The notes below the pieces were generated by a model, which saw only the letters and a list, made by a program, of their open reading frames with translations, was not told the DNA's origin and searched no databases. This document shows, piece after piece, positions 53,694 to 64,000 of a stretch of 64,000 nt of DNA (position 1 is its first letter; each line of letters opens with the position of its first letter). Origin of the DNA: Myxococcota bacterium (GTDB lineage: Bacteria > Myxococcota_A > Polyangia > Nannocystales > Nannocystaceae); the NCBI GenBank assembly GCA_039028615.1, contig JBCCHT010000043.1, forward strand, positions 41,503 through 105,502. Reading direction: 5' to 3'. The position numbers were made by a program, and so were the translations under genes.

Positions 53694-56600
53694 CTACTGC
53701 GCGTCGAGCCCCGCGATCCACTCGACGACCTCGGCGAGATCGCGTCGGGTGTCGACCCCACGCACGACGAATCCGGCGCGCGCCTGCTCGGCGAGCTCGC
53801 GCGCTCTCGGGCGCTGCGTGGGATCGGGCCACAGGCATCGCGCGAGCACGAAGCGGCCGGCCGCGAGTTCATGGGGCCGAACGTCGACCATCGCCGCGTC
53901 CTGGAGCGCGACCGCCTCTTTGGCGTGCGCGAGCGCGACGTCGATCTGTCCCTGGGCCAATGCGACTTCCGCCAGGCCGATGATGGAGACCGCGCGCCCC
54001 GGATCCTCGGGCCCCAGCTTCGCGTTGCGGATGGCCAGGGCCCGCTCGTGGTGGCGCCGGGCGTCCTCGAACATGCCCTGGCGCAGGAGCATGTCACCCA
54101 GCAAGCTCAGGCTGTGGGCCACCCCGAGATGGTCGGCCCCCAGCGTCTTTTCCCGGATCTCCAGGGCCGACTCGAATGCTCTCGTCGCCGCGCCGTCCTT
54201 GCCGCGCTGATCGAGCACGATGCCCAGGTTCTCGAAGCTGCGTGCGACCTGCGGGTGCTCGTACCCCAGGGTCTCCTTGCGGATCTGAAGCGCGCGATGG
54301 TGCACGCGCTCGGCCAGCTGGTACCGGCCCAGGTACTCGAACGCGATGCCGAGGTTGGTCGCGCTGGAGGCCACCAGCGGATGCTCGGGCCCCAGCACGC
54401 GTTGGCGGATCGTCAGCGCGCGCTGGTGACTGTCCCGCGCCTGCTCGTACTCCCCCAGCTCCATCTGCGCCAGGGCCAGGTTGTTGAGCATGCCCGCCAC
54501 GACCGGGTGCTCGGGCCCGACCGCCTTCTCCTGGATCTCCAGCGCTTGCTCGTGGAGCTCGATGGCCTGCTCGTACCGCTTCTGCCGCCAGAACACGTTA
54601 CCCAGGTTGGTCAGGCTGGCTGCGACCTCGGGATGGTCGGGACCCAGCGCCTTCGTTTCGATCTCCAGCGCTTGCTCGTGGTAGCCCTGCGCCCGATCCG
54701 GGTCCTGCTTGCGAAGGTACACGAGCGCCAGGTTGTTCAGCGTGATCGCGACATCGGGGTGCTCGTCACCCACCGCCCGTTGCAGCACCACCCGCGCTTC
54801 GTCGTAGGTCTTCAGCGCCTCGTCGAGTTCCTCGTTCGCGGTCAGCACGCTGCCCATGGCGTTGATGGTGCGGCCCAGCTCGTGCTCGTCGCCCGATCGC
54901 TTGGCCAGCGCCAGCGCCGTCTTGGCCCACTGCAGCCCCTCGTCTCCTCGGTGCAGCTGAAAGCCGATGCAGTGCGACAGCGACCGCGAGGTCGACAACG
55001 CGAGCCCGTCGAGTCCGTGCTCCAGAGCCAACAGGTACGCCTCGTTCGCGATCCGGGCCTGCTCCTCGAACTCGCCCTCGGCCTTGCCCACCAGCTCGCC
55101 GCGGAAGAAGGTCGCCTCTGCGACCAGGGGCATGTAGCCGAGCGCTTTGGCGCGGGTCTCGATCGGCCCCACCTGCTCCAGGCCTTCCACGTACTTGCCG
55201 GCCAGGCGCTTGGCCTGGACCTCGGCCAGCTGCTCGCTCAAGGCCTCGACCTCTTGGGCGACCTCGGGATCTTCGGGGGGCGGATTTTCGGACCGCAGCG
55301 CGTCGAGGTCATCGCAGCGGGCGAGCCCGGGCAGGCCCCTCACCGTCGCGACCGCTTCTCGCACGACCTGTTCGTCGGCTTCACCCAGCACCCGCACCGT
55401 GGCCCCCAGATGCACCTTGCGATCCCGCAGGCACTCCATGCGAAGGCTCATCTCGTCCTCGGTCTGCTCTTGCGTGACTCGGGCCGCCCGGCAGACCTCC
55501 GTGTGTTTTTCGGTCCAGGCCTCCGCGTAGGCGTCGAGCTGGGCCTGCACCCGCTCCCACGTCGTCGGACCGTAGGAGAGCTTCAGCCCCAGGAACTGCT
55601 GCTGCACGCGCTCCTCGATCGCGTCGTCCCAGACACCGTCGAGCTGCGATGCCGCCCCCGTGCAGAGTTCTTGGGTCTCGGCCCGTTCTTCGCCCAGGCC
55701 CATGCCCAGCCTCACGGCGATCAACATCGCGATGGCGCTTCCGGCCAGCCCCGCCGCCAGCCAGCGACTGCGCCGCGGAGCCACGACCAAGCGCAGCTGC
55801 TCCAGCAAAGCCTCCATCGATGGCCAGCGCTGGTCGGGCTCGATGGAGAGCCCGCGCAACAACGCGGCACGCAAGCGGGGCGGCACCGGGCTGCCCTTGG
55901 GCGCGGGACGGACCCCTTCGTGGGTCATCGCCAGCATCAAGGCCGCCATCGAGCTGCCCTCGAAGGGCCGCTCGCCGTACAGCGCCTCATACAGCGCAAT
56001 GCAAAACCCGAACTGGTCGCTGCGCGCGTCGACGTCCTCGCCGCTCATCTGCTCGGGCGGCATGTAGGCGGGCGTCCCCACCACGGCGCCCGTCTTCGTC
56101 AGCCCGGCCTCGAGCATCGAGTCGACCGAGACCTCGTCGTCGTCCGGGGTGCTCTCGTCCGAGCGCTCGGCCACCTCGCGCGCCAATCCGAAGTCCAGCA
56201 CCCGCACGCGGCCCTCCTCGTCGATGACCGCGTTGCTCGGCTTGAAATCGCGGTGCACCAGTCCGCGGCTGTGCGCCGCGGCGAGCCCCTCGCCCGCCTG
56301 CAGGTACACCCGCACGCACTCGTCCCAGCTCGGCCGCGGGCTCTGCTCCAACCACGCCTGGAGGGTCTGGCCCGGGACCAGCTCCATGGCGATGAACGCC
56401 CGCTGCTCGGCCTCTCCCGCTTCGTAGACCTGCACCACGTTGGGGTGCGACAGCTTCGCCAGGGCCTGGGCCTCGCGCAGCAACCACTGCGTGTTGCGAC
56501 GGTCGAGGCCGCGATGCAGCACCTTGAGGGCAATGCGGCGGTCGAGGGTCCGATCGAAGGCCTCGAGCACCACGCCCATGCCGCCCGCGCCCAGCCGGCT

Positions 56601-56786
56601 CAGCACGATGTAGCGACCCAGCCTCCCGTTCTCGGCCGCGAGCTCGAGAAGCTCGTCGCCCTCGCCTTCGGACCCGGCCCCCACGGTACGAACCTCCGAC
56701 GGCTCCACCGACCGCGTGGCACGGGTCTCGTCGCCCGACTCCGACTCGTCCCTGCCGCCGCCGTGACCGTCGTTCGTCGTGCTCAT
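53694..56786 (-). CDS. Ser/Thr kinase with TM segment and 42-aa TPR repeats
   Basis: GAGGMG, HRDFKPSN, DFG, YMPPE; repeats ALEI.EK.LGP.HP.VA.SL.NLG. Confidence 0.92.
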   Translation of the reverse strand: MSTTNDGHGGGRDESESGDETRATRSVEPSEVRTVGAGSEGEGDELLELAAENGRLGRYIVLSRLGAGGMGVVLEAFDRTLDRRIALKVLHRGLDRRNTQWLLREAQALAKLSHPNVVQVYEAGEAEQRAFIAMELVPGQTLQAWLEQSPRPSWDECVRVYLQAGEGLAAAHSRGLVHRDFKPSNAVIDEEGRVRVLDFGLAREVAERSDESTPDDDEVSVDSMLEAGLTKTGAVVGTPAYMPPEQMSGEDVDARSDQFGFCIALYEALYGERPFEGSSMAALMLAMTHEGVRPAPKGSPVPPRLRAALLRGLSIEPDQRWPSMEALLEQLRLVVAPRRSRWLAAGLAGSAIAMLIAVRLGMGLGEERAETQELCTGAASQLDGVWDDAIEERVQQQFLGLKLSYGPTTWERVQAQLDAYAEAWTEKHTEVCRAARVTQEQTEDEMSLRMECLRDRKVHLGATVRVLGEADEQVVREAVATVRGLPGLARCDDLDALRSENPPPEDPEVAQEVEALSEQLAEVQAKRLAGKYVEGLEQVGPIETRAKALGYMPLVAEATFFRGELVGKAEGEFEEQARIANEAYLLALEHGLDGLALSTSRSLSHCIGFQLHRGDEGLQWAKTALALAKRSGDEHELGRTINAMGSVLTANEELDEALKTYDEARVVLQRAVGDEHPDVAITLNNLALVYLRKQDPDRAQGYHEQALEIETKALGPDHPEVAASLTNLGNVFWRQKRYEQAIELHEQALEIQEKAVGPEHPVVAGMLNNLALAQMELGEYEQARDSHQRALTIRQRVLGPEHPLVASSATNLGIAFEYLGRYQLAERVHHRALQIRKETLGYEHPQVARSFENLGIVLDQRGKDGAATRAFESALEIREKTLGADHLGVAHSLSLLGDMLLRQGMFEDARRHHERALAIRNAKLGPEDPGRAVSIIGLAEVALAQGQIDVALAHAKEAVALQDAAMVDVRPHELAAGRFVLARCLWPDPTQRPRARELAEQARAGFVVRGVDTRRDLAEVVEWIAGLDAQ

Positions 56787-56896
56787 CGACTCACCCCGAG
56801 TGTCTTTACCTCGAATCGCCGATCACGTCATCGCCCGCGCGGCCGCCTGCGGCACGGGCTTTCGGCGCGGAGGGGAAATCCCCGCGCACCGCCGCT

Positions 56897-58276
56897 CTAC
56901 TTGGCGATCTTCAGGTGACCGCGAGCATCGAAGAAGTCGCTGAGCGCCTTGCCGCCCTCGTCGGGCCGCGCGTCTTCCATCTTCCTGATCGACGCCACCA
57001 GGCCCTTGATCCCTTCGAGATCTTCTTGGGCCTTGATCGCCTCGGTCACCAACTCGAGCGCCTTCTCCGTCTGCCGTGCCTCGGTGGTGGCCAGCTCGCG
57101 CTCTTGTTTGGCTTTTTCGATCGCGAGCGCCGTCTGCCGCCGCGCCTCTTCTTCGGCTTGCCGCAGCCCGGACAGCTCTTCGCGGAACTTGCTAGCCGAG
57201 CGCCGGACCAGCAGCAGCAGCCCCGCCGCCCCCACGATGCCCAGCCCCATCAGCGAGGCGAACAGCCAGGTGAGGGTCTTGCTCGTCTCTTTGACTCCGT
57301 CTTTGACCCCGACCAGGGTCTGGTCGACGCTGCCCTGGATCTGGGTGACGGAGTTGGTGAGCACCTCGTCGTAGCTGTCGGTCAGGTCCTGCAGGGTCTC
57401 GCGACGGATCTCGCTGATGAAGCCGTCGAAGCGCGCGAGGACCTCGGCGTTGTCGAAGCCCTCGATGACCCCGACCACCGCGCCTCGGGACGCACGCCGA
57501 GCGATCTCCTCGCTGCTGCCGAGCAGGGCCTTGTTGAGCTCGCTGAACAGCGCGGGGAACAGCTCGTCGGCCATGATGTCGTTGAGCGCGGGCCCGAGGT
57601 CCTCGGACACCACCTTGGCCATGGCCGGGCCGAGGTCGTCCTCGAGCGACTGGGCCAGCGCTCCGCTCAGCCGTGGCCCCAGGTTCTGCACCAGGCGCAG
57701 CGAGAAGTTGGTCGCCGCCGAGGCTGCGTCCGAGATGGTGTCCTCCTGGAGCATCACGTTGAGGACGTCCTTCATGGCCAGGACCGACTGCTCCCGAATC
57801 ACCGGGGCCATGTCCTCGGTCAGCTCCACCATGTCGCCCCGCAGCGACTCCGACAGGTCTTGGGCCAGGTCGAGCACGCCCGACTGGATGTCGCGGTTGT
57901 TGATGATGGCCGACGCGATCTCGGCCGTGACCTGCCCCCCTGCCGCCGCGATCTCGCCCTTGCGCTCGGTCAGCTCGGTCACGATGCCCTGGGCCATGCG
58001 CTCGGACGCATTGGAGAACTGACTCGCCCGCGGGCCTCCGGCCGCCTCCGTGCGCAGGGCCTTTTCCTTCTCGGCCCGACGACTGCGGCGAACCTGCCGA
58101 CGGAGCTTGCCCATGCAGATCGACCGCGCCAACGCGCCCTTGTCCGCGCACTCGTTGCGGTCCCTCGCGGCGCTCGCCAGCGTGGGCGCACCAGTGGTGA
58201 ACAAGAGGGCGGACGCCGCGAGGACGACCATCGAGGGCAGGGACTTGGTTCGCAGGGCGCGGGGCAACATCGTCAT
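56897..58276 (-). CDS. Exported helical protein with C-terminal TM and coiled coil
   Basis: Signal peptide, amphipathic helical repeats (DLGPA), TM WLFASLMGLGIVGAAGLLLLV, coiled-coil tail. Confidence 0.7.
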   Translation of the reverse strand: MTMLPRALRTKSLPSMVVLAASALLFTTGAPTLASAARDRNECADKGALARSICMGKLRRQVRRSRRAEKEKALRTEAAGGPRASQFSNASERMAQGIVTELTERKGEIAAAGGQVTAEIASAIINNRDIQSGVLDLAQDLSESLRGDMVELTEDMAPVIREQSVLAMKDVLNVMLQEDTISDAASAATNFSLRLVQNLGPRLSGALAQSLEDDLGPAMAKVVSEDLGPALNDIMADELFPALFSELNKALLGSSEEIARRASRGAVVGVIEGFDNAEVLARFDGFISEIRRETLQDLTDSYDEVLTNSVTQIQGSVDQTLVGVKDGVKETSKTLTWLFASLMGLGIVGAAGLLLLVRRSASKFREELSGLRQAEEEARRQTALAIEKAKQERELATTEARQTEKALELVTEAIKAQEDLEGIKGLVASIRKMEDARPDEGGKALSDFFDARGHLKIAK

Positions 58277-58812
58277 GGGGGCGGTCTCCGTCGCGTGACT
58301 GCACCAGCGTACTCCGAATCGCGGCCTTCGAAGGCCCGACTCGAGCGGACAAAAACGAACCCCTCTCGCATTCACGAGCCGAGGGGCCGGGCTTTCGCTG
58401 AGCACCGACCCCTCGGACGAGGACCCATTGCAAATCCTGTTCGGGGAAGTGCAGCTCCACCGTCATGCTGCGCAGCGCAGGCACGGCGATGTCGATCGCC
58501 AGCGCGGTGCCATCGATGGGGCGGAGGGTCGGCGCACCCGATTTGCGTCGCAACCGGTCGTGCATCGCGAGCGTTCGTAGTCGACTCTGCACGATGGACT
58601 CGACGGGCGACGACCATCCACGGCGTGACGCGCCACCGCGATGAAAAAGCACTGCGGCTCACCGACCCCACTCGGCCCGTGGCGACACGACGTTCGGCTC
58701 CACCCGCGCGCCCGAAAAACGTCTCGTAGGCCCCGATACGGCCGCCTTCGGCGTGACACTCCAGCAAGCTCGCCGCTATAACTGCTTCATGGGGCAGTGG
58801 GCGGAGGTTTGC

Positions 58813-61800
58813 ATGCGCGATGGCGAGACTCGGTTCGGTGCACGTCTGGCTCGGTCGGCGCAGGCCGTACTACTCCTGAGTCTCGGCCTCCTGTCCGCAT
58901 GCAGCGAGGCCGAAGGCCTGCTCCCGGCCACGCCTGCCGACGTCACCGTCAAGCTCGACTTCGAACACCGCCCGCTGCCCGACATCCCGCTGCCCAACGA
59001 TCTGGCCACCCGCTGGGATCCCGAGTCCCGCACGGGCAAGCGCATCAATGCCTCGATGGTCGCCCCCACCGAGATCGAGCGACGGACCCGACGCCTGATC
59101 GACGGCCTCGATGGTTGGGGCGTGTACCAGCCGATCACCGTGCCCTTCACCGGGCCCATCGATCCGCTGTCCGTGCTCGAGCGTCACGACGAGCCCGACT
59201 ACGACCCGACCAACGACGCGATCTATCTCATCAACATCGACCGCGACTCGCCCGAGTTCGGCGAGGTCCAGACGCTCGACGTGGGCAACGGCAACTACCC
59301 GGTCGTGCTCGAGCGTCGCGATCGCTACGGCAGCAACGACCCTCGCGGCTGGTCGCTGTCGATCATGTTCGACGAGGAGGACGAGGACCTCAACGGAAAC
59401 GGCCAGCTCGACCCGGGCGTGGATGCCAACGGCAACGGGCGCATCGACCCCGGCGAGACGCCGCCCGAGGACTCGGATGCCGATGGCGTCCTCGACCAAC
59501 CGAACTACCTGCCCGGGCACGATCCGGCCCACGACGACCTGGCCGCCCGGGCCGACGCGCTGATGACCTTCTACGAGCGCGAGACGAACACGCTCATCGT
59601 CTCGCCCATGACGCCGCTGCAGGAAAAGACCACGTACGCGGTCGTCGTCACGCGGCGCATCCTCGACACCGAGGGCAACCCGGTGGGCTCGCCCTACGCG
59701 TACATCAACCACGGGGCACAAACCGAAGACCTGGCGCCGCTACTCGAGGTCTTGCCCGACTATCTCGACCCCGAAGAGATCGCGTTCACGTTCGCGTATA
59801 CGACCGAGTCGATCACCGACGACTGGATCGCGGCGCGCGAGGGTCTTTATGGGCTCGGGCCCCAGGCGCACCTGGCCGACGAGTTCCCGGCCGACCTGCA
59901 AGAGCTGCTGCCGATGCGCTCGACCGGCGAGGGCGAGGCCTTCGAGGGCCGCTCCCCGCTGCTGCTGCACCACGAGGACTGGCGGGCCATGCTGCCGCTG
60001 CTCATCGGGGCGTTCACGGGAGAGCTCGACTTCTTCTCCCAGCAGCAAATCGCGATGATCGACAGCCAGGACTACATCGACTTCCACTCCATGGGCGTGC
60101 TGGAGTCGCCGCAGCTGTTCGACCGCTTCGACGAGGACGGCCAGCGACTATCGCTCGACGCGCAAGTCTGGCCTACCACCCTCGATACCGAGCCGGTGCG
60201 GCCGCGCGCGGAGTCGATTCCGTTCTGGCTGTCGGTGCCCCGCAAGGAGGTCTCGGTCCGCGGCGAGGGCAAGCAAGCGCCGCTGGTGATCTTGGGGCAC
60301 GGCTACACCAGCAACCGGGCGGGCGAGATGATCGGCTTCGGCGGGTTTTTGGCCATGTACGGCATGGCGGTCATCTCCATCGACAACGTCTCGCACGGGC
60401 TGCCCATCGACGAGGGCACGGCCGAAGACGCCCGGGGCCTGCTGGGCCCGGCCGGGCTCGAGCCCACGCTCGACGCGCTCACGATGGGCCGAGCCGAAGA
60501 CCTCGATGGCGATGGCCTGGTCGACAGCGGCGCGGACTTCTGGACCGCTTACCTGTTCCACATGCGCGACATGGTGCGGCAGTCGGCGCTCGACTACATG
60601 CAGCTGATTCGCATCGTGCGGAGCTGGGACGGCACCAAGCGCTGGGCCTTCGACGTCAACGGCGACGGGCAGCCCGATCTAGCCGGAGACTTCGATGGCG
60701 ACGGGGTCGTCGACGTGGGCGCCGAGTCGCCGATCTACGTGGTCGGGGCCTCGCTCGGCGGGATCATGGCCACCACGCTGGGTGGGGTCGAGCCGGAGGT
60801 CGACGGCATCATCCCCATCGCGGGGGGCGGACGCATCACCGACATCGGCAACCGCTCGCTGCAAGGCGGCGTGCCCCAGGCCGTGTTCTGGCGGGTGATG
60901 GGCCCGCTCTTCGTCGCCGACGTGTACGCGGACGGGCACACCGAGCTGGCCACCGAGGTCGTGGAGCTCAACGACGACCGCCGCTTCCCCATCACCACCC
61001 TGTCCAACTGCCCCGACGGCGCTGCCGCCTGCGACGAGGCCGAGCGCGACCCCGAGCTGGCCACGCAGGCCTGGGACACCTTCTACGGCCTGAACCTCGA
61101 CAACGGCGAGGTGGACTGCGGCTACTTCTTGCCAACCGACGACGGCGGGGACGTGGTGGCGCGAGCCCGTGTCGCGCTGCCCTCCGACCTCGGCGATCGC
61201 ATCGAGCTCCGCATCTATCGCGGGCCCGTGCTGCAGACCGGCTCCACCGAGTGTGAGCTCGTCGACGAGCCGGGCGAGCCCCAGATCATCACCATGATGG
61301 AGCCGCCCCTCGACGACGAAGGCGCGCCACAGACCATCGATGGCCTCCCGATCGAAGGCGGCGAGCTGCGGGCCCTGGCCGAGGGCTACGGGCTGCACCG
61401 CACCCGGCCCGAGCTCCGTCGCTTCATGAGCCTGGCTCAGCTGGTGGTCGATCCCACCGATCCCGGGGTCCTCGCGCGCCACCTGGCGGCCCAGCCCCTG
61501 GTCTATCCGCGCAAGGGCGACGAGACGGGGGCCGGGTTCCTGTTCGTGACCTCGATCGGCGACATGAACGTCCCCGCCAGCAGCGGCGTGACGGTGGGTC
61601 GAGCCGCGGGCGTCATCGATTTCCTGAACCCTGACCCGCGCTACGGCGTGCCGCCCAACCAGGTGCTGCTCGATACCTACACCGCCGAGGCGGTCAACGT
61701 GCTGGGCCGCGTGCCCTACGGCTCGACCCCGGAGACCGACGAGCTGCGAGAACTGCTCGGGCTCGACAGCAGCCTCGGCAGCCACATCGACGTGGAGAAC

Positions 61801-62210
61801 TTCTCCGGGGGCAACGACATCTGGGGCAAGACATGGAGCGCCTCGAGCCTGGGCTGGGCCTCGTCATGCGGGAGGACGTCAACGGCGTGCCGCTGCCGGG
61901 CTACTCGGGGGCCATCTTCCCGATGGCGGTGCCCGAGGGTCAGCACGGCTTCGCCCTGCCGGGGCAGATGACCGACTGGGCGCTCGAGATCTGTCGCCAG
62001 ACCGAGAGCCCCACCGCGGCCGCCTGCCAACCCGATGCGGTGGTGGGTCAGACCTACGACGTGGGCTGGGCCATGTTCCACATGTTCGGCGCGTGGGTGC
62101 AGGCGGGCGGCCAGATCGATCCGCTCGAGTGGACGCGATGCTGGTCGAAGGACGCTTGCGAGAACATCGCGCCCACGCCCGAACAACGCGCCGGGAGCGA
62201 GCTGCCCTAG
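58813..62210 (+). CDS. Large alpha/beta-hydrolase (lipase-like) lipoprotein, interrupted by a frameshift near 61823-61826
   Basis: GGAGG RBS, lipobox LSAC, PLPND, GHG, GASLGG, DxDGDG Ca-binding motifs. The first frame degrades after NDIWG while frame 61833-62210 continues as protein-like sequence containing QHGF. Confidence 0.8.
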
Positions 62211-63232
62211 TGGGGTGAGTCTGTGGGCGCTTCGGCGGCGGGTGCATAGAACCCGTCCGCCCAGGCTCGATAGCGCTGCAGGTCTTCGTCCCCAGGCAAG
62301 AAGCCCGGGGTGTCGAAGTGCCGTTTACGGGTCCACAACCGCGTGTGCTCGTCGGTCGCCGCCATCAGCTCGCCATAGCCCGCGCGGTCGAACAGCGGCT
62401 CGAGCATGGACAGCGGCAAAAGCTTCAGCCCCCAGGGTAGCCCGTCGCGCGACAGCTGCCGCATCGAGTAGAGCACGTTCATGTCCACCTCGTTGGCGCC
62501 GCGCGGCACGGGCAGCATGAACTGATTGACCACCAATCCCATCGACATCACGGTGGAGCGAATGTGCTGGTAGCCGAGTCCGACGGTGGTGACCTCGACC
62601 TCGGTCTGGACGTGCCCGTCGCGGACGCCGAGCGCCCGGAGGATCCACGCACCCGCGGGCGTAGCGGGGTGCCGCATGGTGAGCGACGCGTGGGTCATGG
62701 GGCCGCGGACCTCGAAGACATCCACGGGTTCGACGTCGAGCTCGCGGTGCAGCGTCTCGTTGTGCGAGATGTCGACCGCGTGCACCTCGAGCGGCTCTTC
62801 CATCGGCAGCTCGAGCCGCTCGGTACGCCGCCGCATGGGTCGCCAGCCGGTCGTGTCCAGCTCGGGGAGCGCGTAGTCGGGCTCGCCGCCCTGCGGGTCG
62901 AACCAGGTGAACACCATGCCGCCGCGCTCGACCACGGGGTGGCTTCGCAACTTCAGGCGCGAGGCCTCGGGTCGTTCGCTGCGGCACTGCCCCTGCGCAT
63001 CGAAGCGCAGCCCGTGCAGGGGACACCGAATGCAGTCACCGTCCACCGTGCCGCCTTGGCCCAGGTGCGTGCCGACATGCGGACAATGAGCATCGGTCAC
63101 CACCCAGGCGCCTTCGATCGTCCGAAACACGACCCGGGGCGAAGACGGCAGGTCGAGGCTTTGCACCGTCCCCGGCGGCAGGTCGCGGGCGAGACCGATG
63201 AAGATCCAAGAGCGGGGAACGGAAGCTCGCAT
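62207..63232 (-). CDS. Rieske non-heme iron oxygenase (KshA/Neverland-like)
   Basis: CPHVG...CPLHG; D..H...LH iron motif; LW..K. Start MRASVP at 63232. Confidence 0.85.
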   Translation of the reverse strand: MRASVPRSWIFIGLARDLPPGTVQSLDLPSSPRVVFRTIEGAWVVTDAHCPHVGTHLGQGGTVDGDCIRCPLHGLRFDAQGQCRSERPEASRLKLRSHPVVERGGMVFTWFDPQGGEPDYALPELDTTGWRPMRRRTERLELPMEEPLEVHAVDISHNETLHRELDVEPVDVFEVRGPMTHASLTMRHPATPAGAWILRALGVRDGHVQTEVEVTTVGLGYQHIRSTVMSMGLVVNQFMLPVPRGANEVDMNVLYSMRQLSRDGLPWGLKLLPLSMLEPLFDRAGYGELMAATDEHTRLWTRKRHFDTPGFLPGDEDLQRYRAWADGFYAPAAEAPTDSPH

Positions 63233-63424
63233 GACGGCTGGCGAGGCCAAACGTACCCGCAGTCGGTCCGCGATTGGGAGTCGTGCCCGCAGGCCGCTGC
63301 AGGACCCGTCCTGCGCCTGCTCCTCCACGAACGTCGTTGGACCGACATGCGCGCGGCCCTCGAGTTTCACCCCGTGCAACCGCTGGCAACACGCCGCGTC
63401 AGGGCATGTGGACCCCCCCTCGAC

Positions 63425-64000
63425 ATGAACACCCCCTACGCCCCCTCCCCCGATCCCTTTGCCAAGGTCCGCGGCCTCAGCGGACCTCTCGCCGCACTGC
63501 TGATCATCCGCGCCTCGATGCGCGCGCTGACCTACCTCGTGTTCGAGGTGACGTCGCCGCCGCCCGGCCAGATCACCGAGGCCCAGCTCGACCAGCTGCT
63601 GCTCGTCGACGGCGCCCTGCTCGGCCTGGAGAGCCTGCTCTCGTTCGTCTCCTTCATCGTGTTCCTGGTGTGGATCCACCGCGTGCTCTCGGCGATCCGC
63701 AGCACGGGGCAGACCAGCATGTCGCCCGGGCTCGCGGTGGGCGGCTGGTTCATCCCGCTGGCCAATGCCGTGCTGCCGTGGCTGTCGGTCCGCTCCGCCC
63801 TCAAGGGCCTGGGCATGACCTCGGCGCTCGCGGGTGTGTGGTGGCTGCTGTGGCTGGCCAACACCTCGCTGTCCAGCCTGCACCAGATGCTGCGACAGAT
63901 CCGTCTCGTGCCCGAGCTATCCCGCGCGATCCCCTACGACATGATGGACAAGCTCTACTCGATGGCCGGTTCGACCTTCTGGCCCTACATGGCGACGGAC
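63425..64000 (+). CDS. DUF4328-like membrane protein (3' end runs off the window)
   Basis: Translated by hand: MNTPYAPSP...FLVWIHR...SPGLAVGGWFIPLANAVLPW...WWLLW. Confidence 0.75.
   Translation, partial: MNTPYAPSPDPFAKVRGLSGPLAALLIIRASMRALTYLVFEVTSPPPGQITEAQLDQLLLVDGALLGLESLLSFVSFIVFLVWIHRVLSAIRSTGQTSMSPGLAVGGWFIPLANAVLPWLSVRSALKGLGMTSALAGVWWLLWLANTSLSSLHQMLRQIRLVPELSRAIPYDMMDKLYSMAGSTFWPYMATD

Noticed and set aside
54000..54900. 126-bp periodic repeats
   Set aside because: These are coding TPR repeats, not a CRISPR array or DNA repeat element.
63233..63883. N-terminal extension of the 558-aa Rieske ORF
   Set aside because: Antisense to the DUF4328-like gene; the Rieske protein starts at 63232.

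Overview
High-GC chromosomal window (roughly 68-70% GC in coding regions, estimated by eye). The gene content points to a myxobacterium of Nannocystis/Plesiocystis/Enhygromyxa type (inference): a DUF1552/DUF1592 pair, three Hanks-type Ser/Thr kinases, three FHA proteins and many acidic-linker and Cys-rich lipoproteins. I found about 45 coding regions and no rRNA, tRNA, CRISPR array, transposase or integrase. Ordinary content includes nth, mtnA, a Lrp/ThrE pair, a TauE exporter and a porin-pstSCAB-phoU phosphate locus with clear Pho boxes. Best candidate for an undescribed system: a translationally coupled pair at 14105-17253. It encodes a stand-alone RCK domain plus a protein that fuses a periplasmic TAXI solute-binding domain to a K-channel-type pore (non-canonical filter TGNFD) and an RCK domain, i.e. 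a putative extracellular-ligand-gated ion channel. Second candidate: a five-gene cluster at 3980-10070 in which two FHA-PilZ proteins and a PilZ protein surround two tandem PilT-like ATPases with complementary His-box losses. Other oddities are a kinase-REC-degenerate cyclase fusion facing an FHA regulator, a Rieske-fused ThDP enzyme, a Rieske oxygenase with altered iron ligands, an AT-rich RHH islet, apparent leaderless starts and a -1 frameshift in a large hydrolase lipoprotein. All family calls come from motif recognition by eye; no database searches were run.
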